DNA of 64,000 nucleotides from positions 100,970 to 164,969 of the forward strand of contig NMRA01000125.1 in assembly GCA_002633005.1 (NCBI GenBank), given 5' to 3'. The notes under the pieces were generated by a model. It ran no database searches, was not told where the DNA came from, and was given only the letters and a program-made list of their open reading frames with translations. This stretch comes from Phoronis australis. Lineage: Eukaryota; Animalia; Phoronida. This document shows positions 53,603 through 64,000 of the stretch, piece by piece; the first letter of the stretch is position 1; every line of letters starts with the position of its first letter. The translations under genes and the position numbers were made by a program.

Positions 53603-54463
53603 GTAAAGTCAATCTACATATATAAATTTTGGATTTTATTCTGATACTTTATAAATCAATATTTCAAAATAAAACTAGATACAACTTTGGTGGTCATAAA
53701 ACCAGTCAGTGCATATTCTTTTTGTGTATTTAATTTTCTGTTTGCTTTGTGTTTTCTAAATTCTTTTTAGAACTTTAAATTGAAATAAAACTAGAATCGT
53801 TAAAATGTTTTTGATTTCCCAAACACTAGCTTGACTTTTCTGAAATTGGTAGAATGGTCTGAAAAGGAATTATTTTTTTCTTCTTTTCAGCTGCAGTGCA
53901 TGCTCATTTTTGTTGCAAAAATACAAATTTCAACATCAAAATTCAAATAAAATGTTTTAAGTCATGCACAAATCGGAAATGGAAACGAAAATAAATTATA
54001 TTTATTCCTATCTATCAGTTAAGAAATGTAAGTTTCTCTCATTTGGGTTGATTTTATTACTTAAGAACTGGCAGGAGTTTGTACACGAAAAACAATTTGT
54101 GGGCTATTGTTAAAAATTGTTTACTGTTGTGCACTGACTGTACATAAAGGTTCATATGCCAGCAACATATACCTAAGGCTTTTCACCAAACAGGCAGTGT
54201 CCACTGAACTGTGACAAAGTCATGGCTGCCCCCATTGTGTCTGTGTTGGTCCTCACCTTGATAGTACTTGGAACAATGAGCCCAGAACCACTCAAGTAAA
54301 ACATCCAATCAACACAAACCTTATGAGTGAACAATAGTCCAGCAACTCTATTGGCTACCCCTGTGACCATAGCTGGACATGAGGGTGAATGTAAACCAAC
54401 TGACCTCAACTTCTTGTAGGGCAGGTGGTCTAAACTTATTTTCCTCTATTTCAGAGTGGAGCC

Positions 54464-54556
54464 ATGACTTCAGGGCATTGGCCAGGCAACATATGCCTTC
54501 CCAAGCTAATTGTGACTGTCATCGCGGTGCTCTGCATGTGTGTTACCGATGCAAAG
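54464..54556 (+). CDS. dae4-like (Tae4-family) protein, coding exon 1: signal peptide
   Basis: Acceptor at 54454, Kozak-like GCCATG, MTSGHWPGNICLPKLIVTVIAVLCMCVTDAK, then a strong phase-0 donor AAG|GTGAGT. Hydrophobic core with a T-D-A cleavage-like site. Confidence 0.8.
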
Positions 54557-55577
54557 GTGAGTTAAAATACTTGCACTTTTATTTCATACTTCCTGACCCA
54601 CAACGTTCCAGCTGAACGTATTTCTAAAACATCTCAACAAATATGTTTACTTATTCAATTAAAAAAATTGGATATTTTTTAATAAGAAAATGTCACAATG
54701 AATTTTTAAATACCTAACCATGCTGAAATTGGTGATAAACAAATCAATAAATAATTTTGATCAGCCAATTTCAGAGACTTTTCAGTAAAATTTTGATGTC
54801 TGAAACAAGTGTTCAGAGTAAAAGTTTTGGAATTTTTACAGAAAATACTGATCATTAAGACCGAACAAGTAATCTAGCACAGTGTCAATTACCAAACCTG
54901 TTCAACTGTCGTCAGAAGCTAACACCAGGATAAAGGTGTTGCTAATAATTAAAAATTGCGTGTTAAGTGTTCCTACCACAATTGATCAGTTAGCTGTCTA
55001 ATCACCTATTCAACAAAGTTGTTTTGACACAAGGCAGATGTAACCTATCTCAGTTTGGCTTAGATTGGTCTCATCAAGCCAGTCATTAGTGACAGCTCAG
55101 GTGTTATATATACATACAGGTAACGACCTTGGCTTGATCAGTCAATTATTTAAATGAAATGCCGGATACCCGAGACAATAGACTAGTGATAGTACAGCAA
55201 GTGGTACTCATTATAAGTACAGGTGGGATAATTGGGCAACACTTTGCATTAATTAATCAACACCTCTACTGACTAGGTGAGGAGATAGTCTTGAGCAATC
55301 ATTTTCCAACCCTGACCACAAATTATGTCAGTAGAATGCAACATTCTCATGGTAAGAAGGCGAACCTGTTGTCTGACGAGCGGTCGCATGATTTTTTGAG
55401 ATTGCAGCCCACTCTCATCTGCTTTTTGATTGAACAGTCTGTAAACACTGTAACACTGTATCAATCATATGACACAATAAATAGCAATGACCTTAACCAT
55501 ATTAGCTTTTATGACAGAAGGTAGACGAATAGCTTAACCTTAATTACATGTTAATAAAATCATGTTTGCAATTTCAG

Positions 55578-56171
55578 ATTCCTCTGCCAAATTTCGACAA
55601 ACTGAAGTCTGTGTACCCTGGCTATAAGCACCATGGTGGACACTACTCCGACAAAGATGTCGTCACTATGATTGGTGGACGAAAAATCCTAAAACTCACA
55701 GAGACCACTGGTCTGCGCCTGTCATTTGCCCTAAACAAAATCGGACATGGGCATGAGATTAACAGCTACCCAACAGAGCTGACGAACTTGACTACATATT
55801 GGTCAACCATGGGCGCTGACCGGAAAATATACTTAACACATGCATTAGCATTTGGCCCGTACCTCGCTGTTAAATATGGCAACCCAGAGCTGGTTCGACC
55901 TGGAATATGGAACCGGGAAAGGGTCATGGACCAATTTTTAGGTCGGCAGGGACTGATCCGCATTGTGACATATGATAGACGGAAGAAAGCGCAAGCATTT
56001 GTAGCATTGTGGGATTGCAATAATTTCTACAAGACTCGCAACTTTAACAAGGTGCTCCATCTATTGTCAATAGAATTCTGGGAAATGAAAGGACTCGGCT
56101 GTAAGTTCGAGAGAAACAGGAAACACAAGGGCCAAGGTCGGCCTAAACACTATCCCAAGTGGCTGCGGTAG
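55578..56171 (+). CDS. dae4-like protein, coding exon 2: Tae4 (type VI secretion amidase effector, NlpC/P60 fold) homologue, apparently catalytically inactive
   Basis: atttcag|ATT (phase 0). Collinear motifs versus Salmonella Tae4 as recalled: LPNF/RPSF, MIGG/IIGG, TTGLRLSFALN/ACPIRMSYVLN, GADRKIYL/GADNKFYI, YLAVKYGNPE/YLTHTMGKPD, FLGRQGLI/FIGKKGII, AQAFVALWD/ARGHVTLWN, IEFWEM/GTLWIL. Confidence 0.85.
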   Translation: MPLPNFDKLKSVYPGYKHHGGHYSDKDVVTMIGGRKILKLTETTGLRLSFALNKIGHGHEINSYPTELTNLTTYWSTMGADRKIYLTHALAFGPYLAVKYGNPELVRPGIWNRERVMDQFLGRQGLIRIVTYDRRKKAQAFVALWDCNNFYKTRNFNKVLHLLSIEFWEMKGLGCKFERNRKHKGQGRPKHYPKWLR

Positions 56172-56768
56172 AACCACGTGAAAACATCTGCAATATCCCA
56201 CAAAGTCGACGCTTAAAATCTGTCTACAATTTGTATATATTTTGCAATATCATTGACATCAAACCTTCTTATGGTTAAGAAATGTTACTCAAGTAACACT
56301 TTAGTCCTTCTGGACACAATAAGTACGGGTGTCGAATCTTAGATGTCAGTTGAAATTAAATCCAAAAAACCTGGACAATTTTAAGTTTTCTGTATTACGT
56401 AGTTGCTGCTGTAAGCTATGCAAAGTGCTTCAGGCATAGTTCGGTAATGTTGTTTTTTTAATTATCGTGCTAACACCATGTCTCAACAAACTGGCGATAT
56501 CTATTCCGAACTCGATTCCGTGGTTCGAAATCACCCAACCTGATGTATCTACTAAGATTACCATATACCATGCTTTGACTTGCATGAGGTGCCATCTGGG
56601 TGTTTGAGGTGAGAGAGTGACACACAATAGCTGTGAAGGACAGGGTCTAACAGCTTATTTGTAATCTGCCAAACACAAATCAAAATGCCAGTAGGAAATC
56701 ACACTTAACAGTTTGGAGATGACATACATGTGCTGGTTTCCATGGACTCCCTCACTGCCAAGTAATCA

Positions 56769-57240
56769 GGGTTATGTTAGACTCTAGAAAAATATCCATA
56801 TTTGGCTAACTTGGGAACATCTTATTTCAGAAATGACTGATGGCATTCAAATGAAACTTTCAGATACTCTGCTTTATGCAACATTCTCTTCAAAATTCTT
56901 TAAAGAATTGATTTTTAAGTGCTCCATGTTGGCATAAGGGGCTATTAAGAATTGTGAATTTCATAATTTTTATGACAGAACTTGATGCATAAAACAAATA
57001 CGAAAGGATAATTTAGGGAACTAGCTGTGTTTTTGACATTTCATCTTCAACCTCATGCTACTGACACCACTTTGCCATGGATGTGTCTTTCTTTTTGTCG
57101 CTAAAATTCAATAAAGATGACCCAATTAAGGGCACGATGGTACAAAATCAAAACTCAAATTCTACAGGCTTCCTTCTTTCAGCTTAGTTTCACACATTCT
57201 GAGATAAGACAGACTTATGGATAAGGTCCCGCATAACTTT
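56769..57240. mobile_element. Kolobok-like non-autonomous DNA transposon
   Basis: Ends GGTTATG ... CATAACT. The left part recurs at ~51240 (after TTAA) and inverted at ~30730-30850 (before TTAA). The right part recurs at ~39360-39606 (ending TTAA). Confidence 0.55.
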
Positions 57241-58719
57241 ATGTTCCCAACAAAATGCAGAGTAAATCCATATGGCTGACATGTTGAACAAAGTTGACAT
57301 TTTTCTCACACCACTTTTATGGTAGAAGTTTATGATGCTGGGTCATAAACGTGAGAAAATCTTGAGGAAAACTATAACAAGATTCAGAAACAGAAAACCA
57401 AGCTGTTACTTGACAACAGAGTGCCTGTGAGAGTATGATTTGTGTGTAAAAATGTTTTGGACAATCTTATTTAATTTTTATTATGTACTGTTATATTTCA
57501 TATTTATACATGTGTAGTGATTGATTTCTAATTAAAAATATTTATTTCAAACAGTCCAGTTTGTTTTCTAGTGCATTTCAATTCCACAAAGTCTTCAGAA
57601 ATGAGGGCGGGAAGATGTTGAAACTCATATTCAGATCAATCCTCTAACTTACACGCACCTCATAACTGAATTTTTACCTTATAACATTTAAACATTACAG
57701 ACTCCAATCTGTGTTACAAGTTACACAATATGATCTACAGCTTGTTACCAAACTGAAACAAATAAGGCCATCCTTCAGCACTTTTACTTACAAAAAAATC
57801 ATTGCTGAAATTTGCCATCAAAATTTTCAAATGCTTTTTTACATTTTATTTCAATAGCGTACATAAATGCAAATGGAGATATTACTGCCCAGAAATTGAA
57901 TTAACCTTATATCGGGGCAACAAATTCTTATACCTTGCTATCAATGATCCAAGTCAGGTGTTGTTTTAGACAACTACACAGTGCAACGCAAATACAATAA
58001 AAATGTTTGTTTTGCTGCCAAAGTTGACAAAAATAAAATTCCACTCCTTTGCCACAGTGCCTAAGATAAAAAATACAGCAATACAGCATAGATTCACAGG
58101 TCACAGACCTGTGGAAGGTTACAGCTCTTAGAAGATAAGAATGGAGTAATTCAAGCACAGCTGTCTTAGTTTAAATTAAAATTCTGAGCAGAAAACAAAC
58201 AAAGTGAGAATATCTTAATCACACTGCATCAAAAGATTACACGACCATCTGTCTATCATTTTCTTTCAGGAGGCAATATGTCTTGCCTAAACATTTCTGA
58301 ATGATTGAAGGCAACCATGCACTGTTGTCTTTAGCATAGCTGCCATGTAAGCAAAACAAAACTCGGAAGGAAGCTTATCGTGTGATGTGTTAGCCACGCA
58401 TGGCAATATCTTTAAGTCATTTTGCTTGCGGGATTCTCGCCTGTACGGAATGCGCACAAGATCTTTGTCTAAGAATTAAACAGAATAAAGAAAACTAACA
58501 TCCAAATCCGCGCGAGGTACTTTCAACATGATTACTTTAAACAGGTCCCTTTAGGTATGAAAAATGCTAAACAAATATTTGCTACTGACAAGACTGCGAA
58601 CTTGAAAGGGTCATGGATTAACCTCAAAGGATCAACCTACTTTCAAGACAACCACAGCAAACACTCTCTGCCCAGCTGATGACCAAGAACAAAAATCATC
58701 TGCCTGTAAGAAGATTATG

Positions 58720-58950
58720 GTAAAAAATCTTCAGTTTGGCACAGAATATGGCAGAGAGGTGAAATTTCATTTTGTCAAATTTCTCAACAAAAATGACTTT
58801 CCAGGAAAATTTTTTTAGCATATGGTATGTATGGCGTACCGTAGCTATGACCAAACAACCTTTGGTAAAATTTTGAGCATTTGCAACTATGTGGTAAGCC
58901 TATGGCAATTTCAGCAATCATTTTTGTCCCAGATTCGAGAATTTTTACTG
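58720..58950. mobile_element. MITE, CAGTAAAAATTCTT family copy
   Basis: GTAAAAAATCTTCAGTTTGGCACA ... TGTCCCAGATTCGAGAATTTTTACTG. Confidence 0.7.
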
Positions 58951-60991
58951 TCTCTACTGTGGAAGGAGTCGAGTCGCAAATCATACCACCTGGGGTAACT
59001 AAGAGACACTATGGTTACATTTTATAGAGAAATGGAAATTGAGGTTAAACAAAAGGACAGAACAACGCGCACGTCAGATAGCTACGGTAAAATTCTCATT
59101 CATCTGAGTAGAGTTTTTTGAGTAGGGAGATTAAACCTTGAGCCTGATGTCATGCCAAGAAAGGTATAGTTTTAAAACATGAACACCAAATTAATAAATA
59201 GATTTGCTGAAACAAAACAACAAACAATTTCATATTACAATAATTCACTGCCTGTTTAGCACACAATATGGCAAACAAATGAAATTTTATTTTGTCAAAT
59301 TTCTGCACAAAAATAAAGATTAAGAAAAGTTTAGTCTCATTGCTGTTTAACTGCAGCCTAGTTTGTACTTTAAAGACATCATAAAACAGCATTTGGTGAA
59401 GTAATTGCGAATGAAGGGTAATACAGCAACTAGGTATTATTGCATGACACCAACTTGTAAGACAGACTACATAACTTTCCTCTGAAGTGAAAATAGAAAC
59501 CAATCCTCACATCGAGCATCAATCAAGGTGTCAAAAACACATTGAAGGGAAACAAAGACCTCATTGACATAAAACACATTGTTTTTAAAAAACAGGTTAA
59601 CATTGTTTTGAAATTCCCTAGTTGCTCCCCAGTCTATCATTAGGCAACCACAAATCCCTTTGGCAATAGTAAATCTCTTTCAAGTGTGATATTCCCTCCT
59701 AAGAACCAGACAAAAAGAGACTGAGATGGAGATGTCACAGGCACAAGGCCTTTGGTTATGTACACAGCGGCAAATGGGAGAGGATTTTTAACAAAATATC
59801 TGTGAACAATGTTTTCTTAAAGCAACTTGGATTGATTGAAATTGCAATTCTCGGCTTGTTTGGATGAAAGGGAAGCATTGTTGATGTCGTATTCCATGGT
59901 TTGCATGACATGACTGTACACACAGTTACCTTGTGTGCAGTTATGATGCCTAAGCAAACAGAGGGTCGGTGGTTTTTATGAAGCGTGCCAATGTTTACCT
60001 GTGAACTTTACTGAACAATTAATGCCCCATTAGGTGCTATTTTGCCAATACGCTCAAAGAAAAGCCAAAATGTCCCGCCATACAAGAAATATACTGGTGC
60101 AGAAATGATAGAACTGGCTAAACATATCAAACAAATTCAGATTGGGCAGTCATGCCAAAGCAGTTCTCAAACGGTGTTCGCAAGAATTTTGACACAATGG
60201 GGAAAAACAGAATGGAAACAAAAAATATTGAAAAATGGTTACTAGAATCTAGACGTTGTCACATTTAACACGTGTTTGTGGTCAAAGTTGATCCTTTCCG
60301 CGCGTCCTTAGCCAGTTTTATCAACATTTTAGGATGGCTGTGACATTTACTCAACAAGTACTCGAAGTGTAAAATGGCTATGGATTTTCTTATTTTGCTA
60401 GACTCTGAAAATAAAAAGCGTGTAGCATTTTGTTTATTTTCCATCTCCTCAACTCAACCTTCCAAACAATCAATAGCAAAAATATACTGTGAGATTAATA
60501 TCAAAGTTTTAACCATGTATAATAGATTGAATGGAGAAAACTGTATAACAGTCAAAATGGTTTCTGTTGCTTTTGAGACGATTGACATGTGCACCAATGT
60601 TTTGGTAAAAAAATAACATCCAATTTGAGACTAGATGCATTAATTTGTGTTTAAGTAAACGGCTCAAGAGATGGCAACAAAGCACCAAACAAATCAAAAG
60701 AGAATCCTGAAATTTGTGGCACAAGTTGAGCACTGATAACAGTGTCAGCAAGTCACATACAGCCATCTCCAAAACAGTGAAGAGAAATGGCTTGGACTTG
60801 ATGGCTGTTTACGTACTTTGAGAGGAGTAGCCCCAACAGATCACTGGATTTCAACTCTAGTATTTCATAGGATGATTCTAAATTCACCCCCCCCCCCAAA
60901 TTCTTACAAGTGTCTTGTCCTGTACTACAAAGACGCCCTGCTGTAATTCAACACTGATCTCCCTTCAGCACATCACTAAAGTCCATTCACA

Positions 60992-61200
60992 GGGTCCTAA
61001 ATTAAAAGCAACCAACCACACCAGACACGAGACAGCTCCAGGGCAATGCTTTGAGAAACGGGGTCCTAAATTAAAACCCCTCCACTACAACGGGCACGAG
61101 GACAGCTCCAGGGCAATGCTTTGAGAAACGGGGTCCTAAATTAAAACCCCTCCAATACAACAGGCACGAGGACAGCTCCAGGGACATGTTTTGAGGAACA
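60992..61200. repeat. ~70-bp tandem repeat, 3 copies
   Basis: GGGTCCTAAATTAAAA...GACAGCTCCAGGGCAATGCTTTGAGAAAC starting at 60992, 61061 and 61131. Confidence 0.9.
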
Positions 61201-62049
61201 ACAAATCACAGTTCCGCCCCAACTAAGATCAACAGACAACTGGTCAAACCTTTTGATAGTGTGGCAGTAACAATCACCAATAGTTGAACTGAGTTTGTTT
61301 TGACACCTGCTAAGTGAGCTTTAAACAGGTAATTAATTGGCGCTTGCAACAATCTACCTGTTTGTGGGTCCAGACGTGGTTGGTTGAGTAGCTGGTGATT
61401 GGTCAAATTAATAACTGGATCATGTGCTAAAAAGGATACACCAAGGCAGCAGCCACGACCATTTTGACAAAACACTTTTATGTGAATCTCAATCTTAAGT
61501 GAAGATTGTCTAAAAATCTTGAAATCAATCTCTTGAAAATGAAGCATTTTGAACTTTATAAACAAACAAAAGTGAATCAATTATGGAAATGGTCCAACCA
61601 AATGAAGTTCAGTGACACACAAGTTTATAGTACTCCATATTTAGAGGGTGCTGTAACACTTACATACTTTTCAGCAGTCTCAAGAACAGGAGGAAAACCA
61701 ACATGGAAAAAAGAAAATCAATGTAAAATCAGTGAGTGTACCCTGCTGAGGAACGATATTGGCAAAAGTTCAGATTTTAAGGTTTATCGGAACCCCTGAG
61801 CCATTAACAGTTTGGGGGCCCTAGTGCCTTGAGCTGTCCTGAGTCATCACAATTTTCCAGCCTCTGGTAGTCACAAGTTTTCTCTCGTTGTCATAATTTC
61901 TGAGCACTGCAGAAACCACATATACCGAGCCAGCCCCTTGATGTCGCCATAATTTTCGGGCCTGCCCTCACAATTTCCAAGAAGCCTCGCGGATACAAGG
62001 CTGAGAGCCTCTACTTTGTGTGGGGTACTAAGCTACAACTTTAATGAAT

Positions 62050-62450
62050 AATCCATCACTGCCAAGGTTGTTTGTCCCTAGTCTGTTCATCAAAATGTTG
62101 AGACTGAGTTCAGACATTTCAAGAATTAGTTTGCAGAAACAAGGCCTTACATGAGACAATGTTATTCTAACCAAATTCTAAAAACAATAAAACACCCTCG
62201 TAACAAACTAGAAAATCTGATATCCACGTCTTCAAAAGAATTCCAAATATACAAACAACAAAATGGAATGCCAGACGACAAGATCGTACTCCGATCAACA
62301 CCGATATTCAGCAGCACGTTTTCGCGCAAACCTGCAAAAATTAGCAGACAACAAAGCCTAACATTGCTCCAAGACATCAGAGTACAATACGAGACAATGT
62401 CACGGAGCGAGACTGGCAAACACGGAGCAGGTTCGTTGTCCAAACTTGCA
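62050..62450 (+). mobile_element. Possible decayed Penelope-like retroelement fragment
   Basis: Frame-broken pieces HQNVETEFRHFKN*FAE..., FSRKPAKISRQ and TERDWQTR resemble the PLE RT C-terminal/linker/GIY-YIG region. Weak. Confidence 0.3.
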
Positions 62451-64000
62451 TGGCTTCCAATGTTCATTTCCAACATACACTGTTTGACATTTGCAAACAC
62501 AGATACTCTGCATGATAAACACAGACAGTTTACTGCCACCTAAAGGGTATTTACTAGGCAATTACATGCCACTTAATAGGTAAAACTGTTTTTGTAAACA
62601 ACTGTTTGGCAGGATATGCTACTGGTGTAACAGCTATTAGTATTCTTGACAACAAACTTGACTGAGGATAAATGCATGAAATGTGTACAGAGAGCATATA
62701 CGCTCTCACAACACAGACGCCTCATTGCCGAAATACACATCCGAAGTTCAAAGTTTACGAATTTTGCATGATTTTCCATATTTATGTAAAAAGGAACTTA
62801 GGAGTTTTCATCACAATAGCACAACCCACAGGTATTGTTTTCACTTTACATTAACTGAAAGTACACTTTTCACTTGTCAGTCAAAATATCTCGCTTAGGA
62901 CCATATCACAAAATAAGTAGACCTCAGTTTTTGCTAAATTACTCAACGAAAGCTTTAGATAATCTTAAGCTGTGCTTAGCTGGATAAAAAAACAAAAATT
63001 AAGTACAAGTCAACCTTTAACTGTCATAAAATCAGTATCGCAACGTTCCTTGTCGTAACAGGATTCTATATCTGTTATCAACATGAACCATCAATGGCTC
63101 AAGAAAACACTTGAGGTTATTGGGGTTAGCAACCCCAAAATTGCAAATTTGAAAATTACATGTGTACGTACTGTTTATGGCTTAACATTTTAATGGTAAC
63201 CATGCTGTTTCCTAGATTTGCAAGATTTTACAGTTGACAAGTCTTGAAGCTTGAGGTTGAGATGAAATGATCTGGTTGACCATGACACTTACAAGATATC
63301 AATGTTTAACAGAACTTTCCTGCTGCTCATTCGCATCATTAGGTGGTGAAATGAAACAATCATATTTCTGTTTCTTACAACATGGCACCATGTAAATAAA
63401 CCTAAAATCAGCATTTTTGTGCATATCAGTCTGAAGAAATTCCTGGAAACCACAAATCGATTTCCCTAAAACATTTCACATAATCGCGAAAAGAGAATCC
63501 AACAGCGCCTGCTGAGTAACAACCAAAAAGCTTGAGAAAGTATTAAAGCATGCGGGAACAGAAACAGCCAAACATGTCACAATTATTCTTACAGATGCAT
63601 TATTAAACCAACAATTGCAGGTGTTGAAATGACAGATTTACACCAATGAATACACACAGGTAGGCAATAAAAACAGCAGCAATGCACAAATCCCTGGCCA
63701 TCCTCCTCAACAATGGCTTGTTGGCAAACAAATGACCAACGTCACTTAATCTTGGATAAACACAGAGCTGAGTTGAAATGGCCAGTGTACAGTACTTAAT
63801 ATGTCTAATAGCTCAGGAAAAATATTATGATAGCCGAAATCACAGATACAAATGCATTTAGCAAGAAAAAGAATAACATTTCCAGGGTTCTACTGCAGGG
63901 TCTTTGTTAACTTAAAGACTTGGTTACTTGAGCAGTTTGTAATGTTTAATGAAGAGATTGTGAAGCTTCATATAATGTCTCTAAGAAAATAATTGCGCCA

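Noticed and set aside
55548-55577. ATG at 55548 as the start of an intronless, bacterial-contaminant Tae4 ORF
   Set aside because: These codons overlap a good splice acceptor, and an in-phase signal-peptide exon exists upstream. There is no adjacent Tai4 immunity gene or operon, and the flanks are animal repeats.

Overview
AT-rich, intron-containing animal DNA, most likely a lophotrochozoan invertebrate such as a mollusc (inferred from the gene sequences and repeat types), with one assembly gap (12212-12596). Three spliced genes can be built by hand with phase-consistent GT-AG junctions. (1) A 5-coding-exon SIMC1/Nse5-like SMC5/6 cofactor gene (+, 13378-23667, ~942 aa). (2) The last three coding exons of ANAPC4 (-, 28262-33260); its upstream exons could not be placed with confidence. 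(3) The most unusual element: a secreted, intron-containing homologue of the bacterial type VI secretion amidase effector Tae4 (a dae4-like domesticated gene; +, 54464-56171, ~228 aa). Both catalytic residues appear replaced (Cys->Thr, His->Phe), it has a cationic C-terminal tail, and it probably lies antisense inside an ANAPC4 intron. The rest is introns and UTRs filled with non-autonomous transposons (Helentron/HINE-like, hAT, Tc1/mariner-type and Kolobok-like MITEs), a tRNA-derived SINE, decayed coding relics and tandem repeats. All protein identifications come from my recall of family sequences, not from database searches.
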